Source of the DNA: an uncultured Gemmatimonadales bacterium
GTDB lineage: Bacteria > Gemmatimonadota > Gemmatimonadetes > Gemmatimonadales > GWC2-71-9
Length of the DNA: 64,000 nucleotides
Assembly: GCA_963842945.1 (NCBI GenBank)
Contig: CAWJIM010000019.1
Location: 96,001-160,000, forward strand
Direction: 5' to 3'
The stretch's first letter is position 1. Every line of letters starts with the position of its first letter. The notes under the pieces are model-generated. The model was not told the DNA's origin. It saw only the letters and a list, made by a program, of their open reading frames with translations, and searched no databases. Of this stretch, positions 51,820 through 62,420 are shown piece by piece. A program made the position numbers and the translations under genes.

Positions 51820-51915
51820 AAGGTAAAGCCGCACCCAGTACCCCCCCAAAATCACCGTGGTCACGATGTAGGCCGCGACCATATACCCGCCATTCTGGGG
51901 AGGCTCAGCCAACAT
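51781..51915 (-). CDS. ccmD: Heme exporter protein CcmD (44 aa, not in ORF track)
   Basis: MLAEPPQNGGYMVAAYIVTTVILGGYWVRLYLKQRKREDQLRER: YxxAAY, one TM segment and a basic tail, directly after ccmC. Confidence 0.75.
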   Translation of the reverse strand: MLAEPPQNGGYMVAAYIVTTVILGGYWVRLYLKQRKREDQLRER

Positions 51916-52612
51916 CCGAACCCCCTTCCAGCTCCCGCCTCTCATCCGCGAGAGCCAGCCCGTAACGCGCCGTCACGAATCCGACGTACAAGAGCGTAAA
52001 CACCAGAGTCGAGACCAGCAGCGTCCGTAGCATCTCGGGCGGCAGCGAGGGCGCACTTGGCTTCAGCACAATGGGCTGCGGGTGCAGCGTGCGAAACAGA
52101 TATACGCTGAGATGAATGAAAGGGATCAGCAGAAGGCCGAGGATTCCAACCACCGCGCTGAACCGCGCCCGCTCGGCCGGATCGTGCAGCGCGGCTCGGA
52201 GTGCCAGATAGCCCACGAACAGGAAGAACAGGAACAGGGTGAGCGTGAGCCGGGCATCCCAGGTCCACCAGGTGCCCCAGATCGGTTTGGCCCAAATAGG
52301 CCCGGTAGTGAGCATTACGGCGCTGAACGCTACGCCCACCTCGGCCGAGGCAGCGGCAAAGCGGTCAAGCCGGGGATCCTGCAGCCAGAGGTAGAGGGCA
52401 CCGGTCACGCCGACCAGCGAGAACGCCAGGAGCGCACTCCAGGCCGCAGGAACGTGGAGGTAGAAGATCTTCTGGGCCACGCCCTGACGGGCTTCGACCG
52501 GGGTGTAGCCCAGGGCGAGCACATAGACCAGGAGGAGCCCAAGGAAAGCGGCGCCACTGAGCCAAAGCCCGCGGCGAATGATTCGGTCGGCCTTAAGGTT
52601 TGCCGGGTCCAT
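51905..52612 (-). CDS. ccmC: Heme exporter protein CcmC
   Basis: KIFYLHVP, TGPIWAKPIWGTWWTWDARL (WWD motif), RTLHP. Confidence 0.93.
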   Translation of the reverse strand: MDPANLKADRIIRRGLWLSGAAFLGLLLVYVLALGYTPVEARQGVAQKIFYLHVPAAWSALLAFSLVGVTGALYLWLQDPRLDRFAAASAEVGVAFSAVMLTTGPIWAKPIWGTWWTWDARLTLTLFLFFLFVGYLALRAALHDPAERARFSAVVGILGLLLIPFIHLSVYLFRTLHPQPIVLKPSAPSLPPEMLRTLLVSTLVFTLLYVGFVTARYGLALADERRELEGGSDVG

Positions 52613-52617
52613 CGGGC

Positions 52618-53298
52618 TCACTCGTCCACCACCGCGGGGAAGGTCAGCGTGCAAAGTGTCACGAAGACGATGTCATAGAGCGCGAGAAGCCGAACCCACC
52701 CCAACATCTCGCTCCAGGGTCGTCCGGCCAGCAGCCGCGATGTGACCTGCACGGCTCCGATGAGCGGCGGCACCATGAAAGGCAGCAGCAGAACCGGCAA
52801 TAGCAGTTCGGCATGCCGGGTACGCACCGCCATAGCGCTGAAGATCGTTCCCACCGCCACGAATCCGATGGTGGCGAGTACCGTTGTGCCCAGGACGCCG
52901 GGCAGGCTCGACCACAGGCTCACATTAAAGAACAGAGTGAAGAGCGGGAGAGTCACCAGCTCCACTGCGCCGACGAAGGCCAGATTGGCCAGCAGCTTGC
53001 CCAGGAATAGCGCCTCTCGCGGCACCGGGGCCAGCAGCAGTCCATCTAACGCCGAGTTTTCCCGCTCGATAGTAAAGGCCCGGTTCATCGCCAGCAACGC
53101 AGCCAGCGCAAATGTCACCCATAAAACACTGGGCGCGAGCGCCGTGGCCGAAAGCGCGGTTGGATCCCGGGCGAAGTTGAAGACTACCAGGACCAGAGCG
53201 GCAAAAACCAGCGCGGAGAGGAGGGCGGTTCGGCTCCGGAGCTCCGCCCGTATGTCCTTCCCGGCCACCGCCAGAATCAGGTGCATCGATCTAAGCAC
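52618..53298 (-). CDS. ccmB: Heme exporter protein CcmB
   Basis: KD.RAELRS, ERENSALDGLLLAP, LLPVLLLPF.VP. Confidence 0.9.
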   Translation of the reverse strand: MLRSMHLILAVAGKDIRAELRSRTALLSALVFAALVLVVFNFARDPTALSATALAPSVLWVTFALAALLAMNRAFTIERENSALDGLLLAPVPREALFLGKLLANLAFVGAVELVTLPLFTLFFNVSLWSSLPGVLGTTVLATIGFVAVGTIFSAMAVRTRHAELLLPVLLLPFMVPPLIGAVQVTSRLLAGRPWSEMLGWVRLLALYDIVFVTLCTLTFPAVVDE

Positions 53299-54011
53299 CG
53301 GTCAGCATGCCGTAGCGGGAGAGGAACGCGTCGATCTCCCCACTTCGAGGCTCGTCTACCGCCCAGCGGCCTTCGATCAGCACCGCAACCCTCGAGGTCA
53401 GGTCCCACACATCGCCCAGCTGATGGGTCACGATGACCACCCCCGCACCCCGCTCCAGCCGGGATCGCAGATCCGACCGAAGCCGCTCCGCCGCCGGAGC
53501 ATCGAGCGCAGTAAAAGGCTCGTCCAGCAGGATAATGCTCGGGGCGTGTAACAAGGTGCGGGCGATCGCCGCTCGCTGGAGCAGACCCCGGCTCAGTCGC
53601 CGGGGCAGCTCCGACGCCCGGTTGCCGAGTCCGGCGGCGTCCAGCGCCGCATCGGCAACCTGACTGGGCTGATCGAGCGCATAGAGGCGGGCAGCAAAGG
53701 CAAGGTTTTCCCGCAGGGTGAGGTCGTCGTAGAGCAGCGACTGATGGGAGAGCAGACCAATCGCACCGCGAGCCCTGTCCGAGCCACGGCCCAAGCCGAT
53801 GGCCCAGAACCCGGATTTCCCCGGCGCTCGGGCGCAGGAGCCCGGCGAGAGATCTCAGAAGAGTTGTTTTGCCGGCGCCGTTGGGGCCAATGATGGCAAG
53901 CGCCTCGCCCGGCCTGAGGGAGAGGTCCAGGCCGCGCAGGACGCGGGCTTGGCCGAAGGAGCGCTGGAGCCCGCGAGCTTCGAGAAGCGGGACGCCGTCA
54001 TGAGACGGCAT
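53291..54011 (-). CDS. ccmA: Heme ABC exporter ATPase CcmA; frameshift near 53790
   Basis: GPNGAGKTT, HQSLLY.DLT..ENL, LSRGLLQR, LLDEPFTALD; directly upstream of ccmB. Confidence 0.88.
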
Positions 54012-54366
54012 CGATCCGCGCGCCGAGCTCGTCGAGGCGGAAGGGTTTGACGATGTAGCCGGAGTGGGGAAGATCGAGAACCTTGAGCTGGGGCTCAATA
54101 CTCATGTACGCGGTGGTGATGATGACCGGAAGATCCGGTTGAGTCAGCCGGATGCGGCGCAGAAGGTCCACCCCATCGGTGTCGGGAAGGCGCATGTCCA
54201 GGACCGCGACATCCGGCTTATGTTGCTCAAGCTGCTTCAATGCCTCGGCACCGGTTGAGGCGAACACCAGATCGTATCGAGGATTGAAGGCCCGCTCATA
54301 GCTCAATCGAAGCGCCGGCTCGTCCTCGACGATCAAGACGCGCCGGCGGCGTTTGCCCTTGGTCAT
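53998..54366 (-). CDS. Stand-alone response regulator receiver (CheY-like)
   Basis: VLIVEDE, LDMRLP..DG, TTA, KPF; 3' end overlaps the ccmA start. Confidence 0.9.
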   Translation of the reverse strand: MTKGKRRRRVLIVEDEPALRLSYERAFNPRYDLVFASTGAEALKQLEQHKPDVAVLDMRLPDTDGVDLLRRIRLTQPDLPVIITTAYMSIEPQLKVLDLPHSGYIVKPFRLDELGARIDAVS

Positions 54367-54452
54367 TCCGTACGCCCCTGGGGCCGGTGCTGGAGCACTG
54401 GGAGAGGAAGTTCAACTCGGGGGGTACTCTAATGGAAAACGGGGGCGATGGA

Positions 54453-54472
54453 AAGGCGGCTTGGGCCGCCTT
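54453..54472 (-). terminator. Hairpin after the STAS gene (possible weak terminator)
   Basis: AAGGCGGC-N4-GCCGCCTT; only a short U-tail on the minus strand. Confidence 0.45.
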
Positions 54473-54493
54473 CCCTATTGACTAACCGCTGAC

Positions 54494-54811
54494 TCATTGA
54501 CTAACCGCTGACTCGAGCTGAAAGAGATCGTCCAGCTTGGTGAGCATGAGAAGGAATCGAATCTCCTCGCTGGCGCCTCGGAGGGCCACGACCTGGCGCC
54601 GCTCGGCGGCCCGCCGCTGGATCAACATCAGGGCCCCGAGTCCGGCCGAATCCACGTGGCGGGTGCGCGCGAGATCGATGACCAGCCGACCGGCGCCCTC
54701 GGGCATCTCCTCCAAGAGTCGGATGGCCGTTTTCCGGATTTCCACCCGGGTATCGAGTCCGAGCGTCTCCGGTGCAGCCATGTCGCGCTCTGCGTCGTGC
54801 GGCGATCTCAT
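54494..54811 (-). CDS. STAS-domain anti-anti-sigma factor
   Basis: LVIDLARTRHVDSAGLGALM (phosphorylatable Ser motif), LTKLD.LF; GGAGGA RBS 4 nt upstream of ATG 54811. Confidence 0.88.
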   Translation of the reverse strand: MRSPHDAERDMAAPETLGLDTRVEIRKTAIRLLEEMPEGAGRLVIDLARTRHVDSAGLGALMLIQRRAAERRQVVALRGASEEIRFLLMLTKLDDLFQLESAVSQ

Positions 54812-54815
54812 TTGC

Positions 54816-54917
54816 TCCTCCTTCGGCACCGAGCTATCTCAACCAGGTCCAGCAGACCAGGTGAGACCTCTAGTTTTGCGGCCCCGAATCACTCCGGGTG
54901 TGCTCTTATCGGGCGGA
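54816..54917 (-). ncRNA. GEMM-I (c-di-GMP-I class) riboswitch, A20 variant; candidate 3',3'-cGAMP sensor
   Basis: Minus strand CGAUAAG-A-GCACA-CCCGGA-GUGA-UUCGGG-GCCGCAAA-ACUAGAGGUCUC...GAGAUAGCUCGGU-GCCGA: P2 capped by a GNRA loop, GCAAA junction, P3 with helical receptor, terminal GCCGA. Hand-aligned to known GEMM-I aptamers. Confidence 0.85.
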
Positions 54918-54961
54918 TTTGCGCTTGGCCGCATCGACCGCGCGCCCTCGTGTCTCTAAAA

Positions 54962-54978
54962 TGGCGAGACTGGTGCCA
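54962..54978 (-). promoter_or_regulatory. Possible sigma54 promoter upstream of the riboswitch
   Basis: TGGCACCAGTCTCGCCA: TGGCAC with exact GG-N10-GC spacing, about 45 nt upstream of the aptamer; -12 is TCGC instead of TTGC. Confidence 0.45.
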
Positions 54979-55154
54979 GCGGGGAGAAATCTTGGATTCG
55001 CAATCCTTTGCGAAGTGTCATACCAAGTCTTGCAGTTCCGTTTCACGCCGCACTCCGCGGCAGACTACCGCAAAAGTAGCGAATGGTAGTGCTGCACTCT
55101 TACTCCGTATGGCCGGCTCCCTTAGCTTCTGGCTGACTCTCACCCCTGCCGATC

Positions 55155-57095
55155 ATGAGCGATCAAATCGATACACTGCTCTCCGAACAACGTCGCTTCC
55201 CTCCTCCGCCCGGTTTCGCCGCGCGCGCCGCTGCAACCGAGGCACTCTATCAGGCGGGCCGCGACTGGAAAAAATTTTGGGAGCAGCAGGCGCGCGAGCT
55301 GGAGTGGATCGCGCCGTGGGATCGAGTGCTCGAGTGGGAGCTGCCTCACGCCCGCTGGTTCGTCGGTGGAAAACTCAATGCCTCGGCTAACTGTCTCGAC
55401 CGGCACCTGGATGGTCCACGCCGGAACAAGGCGGCCATCATCTGGGAGGGTGAGCCGGGCGAGCGCCGCGTCCTTACCTACTGGGACCTTGCCCGGGAGG
55501 TTCGCCGCTGCGCCAATGCCCTCAAGAATCTCGGTATCCGCCGAGGCGACCGGGTGGCGATCTACCTGCCGATGATCCCCGAGGCCGTTGTGGCAATGCT
55601 GGCCTGCGCCCGGATCGGCGCGGTGCATTCAGTGGTATTCGGAGGGTTCTCCGCCGAGTCCCTGCGAGACCGAATCAATGACGCGCAAGCCGTTGCACTG
55701 ATCACGTCGGACGGTGGGTATCGCCGGGGGCAGGTGCTACCGCTCAAGCGGTTTGCCGATGACGCGCTGGCCCAGTGCCCTTCGATCAGGCATTGCATCG
55801 TGGTCCGTAGAGTAGGCGAGGAATCGGCAGCGGTGATGCGGGAGGGGCGGGATCACTGGTGGCACGAACTCATTCAAGGCGCCTCGCTCCGGAATGAGCC
55901 CGAAGCAATGGACGCGGAAGATCTGCTCTTCATCCTGTACACCTCGGGCACCACCGGGAAGCCCAAGGGCATCGTGCACACCACCGGCGGCTATCTCACC
56001 CATGTCGCCACTACCACACGCTACGTGTTCGACCTGCGGGAAGACGATGTGTTCTGGTGTACCGCCGACATCGGATGGGTTACCGGCCACAGCTACGTGG
56101 TGTACGGGCCACTGGCCAACGGCGCCACGGTGGTGATGTACGAGGGCGCGCCCGACTGGCCGGAGCGGGACCGGTTCTGGGGCATCGTGGAGACCTATGG
56201 CGTCACCATCCTCTATACCGCGCCCACGGCTATCCGCGCCTTCATGAAGTGGGGTCCCCAGCATCCCAGTCGTCACGACCTCGGCACTCTGCGGCTGCTG
56301 GGCACCGTCGGCGAGCCCATCAATCCCGAAGCGTGGATCTGGTATCACCAGCAGATTGGTGGCGCACGCTGCCCCATCGTCGACACCTGGTGGCAAACCG
56401 AGACCGGTGGGATCATGATCACTCCGCTCCCCGGCGTCACCACCACCAAGCCGGGTTCCGCCACTATACCGTTTCCCGGGGTAACTGCGGAGCTGGTAGA
56501 CACTGAGGGCAAGCCGCTCGAGCAGGGCGGCGGATTTCTGACCATAAGCCAGCCCTGGCCCGGCATGCTCCGCACCATTTACGGCGACGACCAGCGCTAC
56601 CGCGACACCTACTGGAGCCGCTTCCCCGGCCGCTACTTCGCCGGCGACGGCGCCAAGCTGGATGAGGAGGGTTACTGGTGGATTCTGGGCCGGGTGGACG
56701 ATGTCCTCAATGTCGCGGGACATCGCATCGGGACCATGGAGGTGGAGAGCGCGCTGGTGGACCACCCCGCCGTGGCCGAAGCGGCGGTGGTGGGCCGTGC
56801 CCACGACCTGAAGGGTCAGGCGCTCGCGGCCTTTGTCACTCTGAAGGATGGGAAGCAGGCGAGCCCCAGCCTCAAGGATGATCTCAAGGAGCACGTTGTG
56901 AAGAAGATCGGCGCCATCGCCCGGCCCGATGATATTCTCTTCTCTGCCGATCTGCCCAAGACCCGGAGCGGAAAGATCATGCGTCGCCTGCTGAAGGACA
57001 TCGCGGAAGGACGCACTCTGGGCGACACCACGACGCTGGCCGATCCCAACGTGGTGAACCGGTTGAAGGAGATGTACGAGGAAAAGGAGGGGTAG
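55155..57095 (+). CDS. acs: Acetyl-CoA synthetase
   Basis: [46 protein letters not shown]. Confidence 0.96.
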   Translation: MSDQIDTLLSEQRRFPPPPGFAARAAATEALYQAGRDWKKFWEQQARELEWIAPWDRVLEWELPHARWFVGGKLNASANCLDRHLDGPRRNKAAIIWEGEPGERRVLTYWDLAREVRRCANALKNLGIRRGDRVAIYLPMIPEAVVAMLACARIGAVHSVVFGGFSAESLRDRINDAQAVALITSDGGYRRGQVLPLKRFADDALAQCPSIRHCIVVRRVGEESAAVMREGRDHWWHELIQGASLRNEPEAMDAEDLLFILYTSGTTGKPKGIVHTTGGYLTHVATTTRYVFDLREDDVFWCTADIGWVTGHSYVVYGPLANGATVVMYEGAPDWPERDRFWGIVETYGVTILYTAPTAIRAFMKWGPQHPSRHDLGTLRLLGTVGEPINPEAWIWYHQQIGGARCPIVDTWWQTETGGIMITPLPGVTTTKPGSATIPFPGVTAELVDTEGKPLEQGGGFLTISQPWPGMLRTIYGDDQRYRDTYWSRFPGRYFAGDGAKLDEEGYWWILGRVDDVLNVAGHRIGTMEVESALVDHPAVAEAAVVGRAHDLKGQALAAFVTLKDGKQASPSLKDDLKEHVVKKIGAIARPDDILFSADLPKTRSGKIMRRLLKDIAEGRTLGDTTTLADPNVVNRLKEMYEEKEG

Positions 57096-57150
57096 GAGGG
57101 AGAAGACCGGGAAGACGGGAAAGACGGGAAGGTATGAAGGAGAGGAGGAA
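57093..57150 (+). repeat. Single arm of the GGGAAAGAC 9-mer repeat
   Basis: GGGAAGAC GGGAAAGAC GGGAAGGTATGAAGG, nearly identical to GGGAAAGACGGGAGGGTATGAGG at 11629-11651; starts at the acs stop. Confidence 0.65.
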
Positions 57151-57159
57151 AGGCACCTC

Positions 57160-59079
57160 CTAAATCTGCACCTGCGCTCCCAGCTCGACTACGCGATTCG
57201 GCGGCAGGTTGAAGAATGCCGTGGCCGACTGGGCGTTGCGGGCCATCAGGATGAAGAGCTTTTTGCGCCAGCGGGACAGCCGGGAGTTGCCGGTGGGCAG
57301 TAACGTCTCCCGTCCGAGAAAAAAGCTGGTCTCCATGGGTTTGGCTTCCAGCCCTCGAGCGCCAAGGGTGCTCAGCAGAGCCGGGAACGTCGGGTGACTC
57401 CATGAAGCCGTATCGGCCGGTCACCAGGTAAAACCCGCTGCCCAGATCCTTGACCTCGGCTCGGTCATCCGGCCTGACCTGAGGAATTTCTTCTCCCGAA
57501 ATCGACATGATGATCACCTTCTCATGCAGCACCTTGTTGTGCTTGAGATGGTGCAGCAGGACCACTGGCGTTCCGCCGGGGTCAGACGTCATGAACACCG
57601 CCGTTCCCGGCACCCGGGGCGGCTGGCGGCGGGTGATATCCTCGAGAAAGAGCGGCAGCGGCAGCGCATTGTCGTGCAGGATCCCGGTGACCGTTTCACG
57701 CCCCCGCTTCCAGGTGGTCATCAACAGATAGACCACGCCTGCCACCAGGAGCGGGAACCAGCCACCCTTCGCGATCTTCACCAGGTTTGCCGCCAGGAAA
57801 GACAGGTCCACCACCAGGAACACCGCCCCGAGCGTGGCGACCCGGGCCACACTCCAGTTCCATCGCTGGCGGGCCACGGCGCAGAACAGCAGCGTGGTGA
57901 TCGTCATCGTACCGGTAACGGCGATGCCGTAGGCCGAGGCCAGAGCGCCGGAGCTCCGGAATCCCAGCACGAGGAGCACGCAGAGCAGCCCCAGGGTTCG
58001 ATTGAGCCCGGGGAGGTAGATCTGGCCGATCTCGGTCTGTGAGGTGTGTTGGATCGTCACCCGCGGGCTGTATCCCAGCTGTACCGCCTGCCGGGTCAGG
58101 GAGAAAGCTCCGGAAATCAGCGCTTGGGAGGCCACAACCGCCGCGGTGGTGGCAATGAGCACCATGGGATACAACGCCCAGGACGGGACCAGGCCATAGA
58201 AAGGATTCTGCGCGGTGGCCGGCCGAACCAACAGAACGGCCCCCTGGCCGAAGTAATTGAGCGCCAGCGCCGGCAACACCACGGCTGAACCAGGCCAGAC
58301 GGATGGGACGTTTGCCGAAGTGGCCCATATCGGCATAGAGGGCCTCGGCCCCGGTCACCACCAGGATAACCGCACCGAGGACCAGGAGACCCTGACGCCC
58401 GTTGCGGAACATGAAATCGAGCGCGTGCAGCGGATTCAAGGCGCGCAACACCTCCGGATGCTGCACGATTCCCGCGACACCGAGTGCGGCGATGGTCCCG
58501 AACCAGACCAGCATCACTCGGCCGAATACGGCACCGATGCGGGCTGTCCCTCGTTTCTGGAACAGAAATAATCCAAACAGAATGATCGCGGCGATCACCG
58601 GGGTGATTGGATTCAGCGCCGGGGTGGCAACCCCGATACCCTCCACCGCGCCCAGCACCGAGATCGCCGGAGTAATCACACCGTCGCCATAGAGCAGTGC
58701 CGCCCCGAATAGTCCCAGGGAAACCAGCCAGCGCCGGGAGCCCGTCCGGTCCTGACGGGGATGCAACAGCGCGAGCAGCGCCATGATCCCCCCTTCGCCG
58801 CGGTTGTGGGCTCGCATGATGAAGACGAGATACTTGAACGACACGACGAAGTTGAGCGACCAGAAGATGAGCGACAGAATGCCCAGCACGTTGGCCGGCG
58901 TGGGGGCGATGCCGTACTCGGGCGCGAAACACTCCTTGAGAGCGTAGAGCGGACTGGTGCCGATGTCGCCGTAGACCACCCCGAGCGCTCCCAGGGAGAG
59001 CGCGAGCAGTGCCCGCCTATTTCGTCGCGGGGCCGGACGGGCTAGAGCTGGGGGGAGACGGACTGGTGACCGCGGTCAC
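57160..59079 (-). CDS. kup: KUP/HAK/KT potassium transporter (downstream copy); frameshifts near 59020, 58290 and 57390
   Basis: [69 protein letters not shown]. Confidence 0.92.
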
Positions 59080-59081
59080 GA

Positions 59082-61023
59082 CTAGAACTGAATCTGGGCG
59101 CCGAGCTCGACCACCCGGTTCGGCGGAAGCCCGAAGTACGCAGTGGCCGACTGGGCGTTGCGGGCCATCAGAATGAAGAGCTTCTTGCGCACGCGCCCCA
59201 TCCGGCGGCCCTCGAGCGGTTTCTCGCCCCGGGGTTTCTTCTTGCCTGCCGCCATGGCGATCAGGGTTTCCCGCCCGAGATAAAATGTGGTATTGGCCAG
59301 CTTGACGTTGACGGATTTGCCGTCGTCTTCCGCCCGTCCCAGAGCCCGGAGCACATCCGGCACGTCCGGCGTTTCCATGAATCCGTAACGGGCCATAACC
59401 TGGTAGAACCCTTCGCCGAGCTCGGCGCATTTGACCCGGTCTTTTTCTGCGACCTGCGGGATCTCCTCAGTGTGCACCGACATGAGCATGACCTTCTCGT
59501 GGAGCACCTTGTTGTGCTTGAGATGGTGCAGCAGCACTGGCGGCGCACCACCGGTCCCTGAGGTCATGAACACCGCCGTCCCGGGCACCCGATAAGGCTG
59601 GCGGCGGCGGATATCATCGAGAAAGAGATCCATCGGGAGCGTGTTCTCCTGCACGATGCCCGTGAGCCGCACCCGTCCCTTCTTCCACGTGGACATCAGC
59701 AGATACACCAGCGCCGCCACCACCAGCGGCAGCCAGCCTCCATTGGGAACCTTGAGCATGTTGGCGCCCACGAACGCCAGATCCACCACCAGAAACAGCA
59801 GGGTGATCGGACCCGCCTTCCACCAGCTCCAGCCCCACAGCCGCCGCATGACGATGGAAAAGAGAATCGTGGTGATGGTCATCGTCCCGGAGAGGGCCAC
59901 GCCATAGGTGAGCGCCAGAGCGCTGGCATTTTGGAACGCCACCACCAGCCCCAGGCAGGAGACCATCAGTATGGTATTCACCGTGGGGATGTAGATCTGT
60001 CCGATGGTGCTGCTCGAAGTATGGATGATCTTCATCCGCGGACTATAGCCCAGCTGAATGGCCTGGCGGGTCAGCGAGAACGCGCCCGAGATGAGCGCCT
60101 GGGAAGCCACCACGGCAGCGGCCGTGGCGATACCCACCATGGGGTACAACGCCCAGCTCCGGCACCAGCGCGTAAAAGGGGTTCCGGGCCGCACCCGGAT
60201 CATTCAGCAGCAGCGCGCCCTTGGCCGAAGTAGTTGAGAACCAGCGAGGGCAGCACCAGCGCGAACCAGGCCAAACGTATCGGGCGGCGGCCGAAGTGCC
60301 CCATGTCCGCGTACAGCGCTTCACCTCCGGTGACGACCAGAATGACGGCCGCAAGCACCGTTATGCCGGTGAGGCCCTCGCGAGCGAAGAAATCCACGGC
60401 GTAGCGGGGATCGAGTGCCCGCAGCACGCCGGGCTCGCGGCTGATTCCCATCACGCCAAGAATGGCGATGCAGATGAACCAGATCCCGGTGATGGGCCCG
60501 AAGACCGCCCCGACCCCTGCTGTTCCGCGCCGTTGCAGGGCGAACAGCGCCAGGATGATCACGAAAAGAAATGGGAACGACCCAGTGCTCGAGCGCCGGG
60601 GTGGCCACGCTGAGTCCCTCCACGGCGCTCAACACGGAGATGGCCGGGGTGATGATCCCGTCTCCATAGAGCAGCGCTGACCCGAAGAGTCCGGTCGCGA
60701 TCAGCAGCCGCGCCTCTGGTAGTGATTCGCCCACTGGGCCGAACCAGCGCCAGCAGGGCAAGGATACCGCCCTCTCCCCGGTTGTCCGCCCGCATCACCA
60801 TGGAGAGGTACTTGAACGTGACCACGAAGTTCAGCGACCAGAAGATGAGCGACAGGATGCCCAGCACGTTGCTGGTGGTTACCGGAAAGCTGTGGGGGCC
60901 GAAGAAGCACTCCTTGAAGGCATAGAGCGGACTGGTTCCGATGTCGCCATAGACCACGCCCAGCGCGCCAAAAGCCAGAAGCGCGAGCTGCTTGCCGGAT
61001 TGAGATTTGGCCTTGCGGGACAA
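59082..61023 (-). CDS. kup: KUP/HAK/KT potassium transporter (upstream copy); frameshifts near 60720, 60565 and 60160-60215
   Basis: Same KUP motif set; ends [14 protein letters not shown]. Confidence 0.92.
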
Positions 61024-61026
61024 GCG

Positions 61027-61464
61027 CTACCAGCTCCGGGTGCGGGAGAGCCTGCGAAGCTCCAGGAGCGCCACGATGAAGATGGAGATGATGATGACCG
61101 CCGAGCCGACGCACCAGCGGCAGATGGCATGGATGACGAACAGCTCGAGGTAGGTCAGATACGCGGTAAACCCGACGCCGAGTCCCGCGAGAACGGCCAG
61201 CAGCCTGGCCGGCCACCACCGCTCCGCCAGAGCAGGCTGCAGCGCGGCCAGACTCACGGCCAGCAGGCCGGCATACCCTACCAGGCCGATGAGCGAAACC
61301 TCTACTCCGGCAAACCGGCTCCAGGGACTCTGCTGGACGGTCTCACAGCCCCCGGTTCCACAGGCAAGAGTTCCGATTCTTCCGATCTTGTAGAGATAGA
61401 GGTATGCGGAGATGAAGAACCCGATGAGGCTCAGCACAGCTGCAGTCATGCGGTGGATCATCAA
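61027..61464 (-). CDS. Vitamin K epoxide reductase (VKOR)-family disulfide-bond protein
   Basis: ACGTGGCETV..S.WS loop cysteines, AICRWC (CxxC), 4 TM segments. Confidence 0.9.
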   Translation of the reverse strand: MMIHRMTAAVLSLIGFFISAYLYLYKIGRIGTLACGTGGCETVQQSPWSRFAGVEVSLIGLVGYAGLLAVSLAALQPALAERWWPARLLAVLAGLGVGFTAYLTYLELFVIHAICRWCVGSAVIIISIFIVALLELRRLSRTRSW

Positions 61465-62138
61465 CGACGAGGGGCCAGAGAATCCACCATCTTGATTATG
61501 GCGTCGGAGTCGAGCCGCCCCCGGTACAGCCGGTTGCCGATCAGCAGGGTCGGCGTGGAGCTCACCCCCACCTGGACCCCCTCATTATAGCTCGCCTGAA
61601 TCCGTCCAGCGTATTTCCCTGACTTCATGCAACTGTCATAGCGCCCGAGGTCCAGGCCGGCTGTCCGGGCGTAATTCCTGAAGAGCGGCCCCGCGTCGCG
61701 GGCGGCGGCCCACTCGGACTGGTTCTGGTAGATCTGCTCGTGCTGGGCCCAGTACTTCCCCTGCTCGTCGCCGCAGGCCGCCGAGTGAGCCGCCAGCCGG
61801 GCAAACTGGTGCTGCTGGAGCGGGAAGTCCCGGTAGCGCCAGCGGAGCCGGCCGCTGTTGATCAGCCGGTCCTCGATCGTGGGCATCTGGAGAGTGGCGA
61901 ACGTCTGACAGAAGGGACACTGATAATCGGCAAACTCGGTGATCTCGACCGGAGCATCCTTGGAGCCCTTCACGTAGCCGTGAAAGCCCGACGTGTCGGA
62001 GGGCTGAATGCTTACGTTGGCCGGGATGCTGATGGTGCTGGGCTTGAGGAGCAGATAAGCCAGGACCCCTACCCCGGCAAGCGCCAGCACCGCGAACAAC
62101 GTGTAGAACCGTTTCACTCCGGCCTGCGTCCCCGCCAT
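61461..62138 (-). CDS. DsbA-family thioredoxin-fold oxidoreductase
   Basis: N-terminal TM segment, EFADYQCPFC, RDFPL, GVSSTPT. Confidence 0.9.
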   Translation of the reverse strand: MAGTQAGVKRFYTLFAVLALAGVGVLAYLLLKPSTISIPANVSIQPSDTSGFHGYVKGSKDAPVEITEFADYQCPFCQTFATLQMPTIEDRLINSGRLRWRYRDFPLQQHQFARLAAHSAACGDEQGKYWAQHEQIYQNQSEWAAARDAGPLFRNYARTAGLDLGRYDSCMKSGKYAGRIQASYNEGVQVGVSSTPTLLIGNRLYRGRLDSDAIIKMVDSLAPRR

Positions 62139-62420
62139 GGCTCTTCGTCCTCCGGATCATCCGGGAGAAAGGAATCCTGACGCTGTGCATCCTCGACGAT
62201 TCTTCGGCTGTCGGCCACTTCCGGAGTGTCGTAGGTGCTGCGCACCTCGTAGTGGAACAGCTCGCTCCGCGCGTCGCCCATCAGCCGCAACAGCTCCGGG
62301 ACCGCCCCTGAGCAGTTGGCCCGAGCGGTCGAGCTCCTGGATACGCGCGGCCAGAGACCGCAGGAGCGCCGCCAGGCGTTGGGCCCGCTCCTCGTTGTAC
62401 ACCTCATCGTGCTCTGCCAT
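62114..62420 (-). CDS. Hypothetical protein; frameshift near 62310
   Basis: GAGGTGGG RBS; MAEHDEVYNEERAQRL... joins ...LLRLMGDARSELFHYEVR.TYDTPE... in the adjacent frame. Confidence 0.6.
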
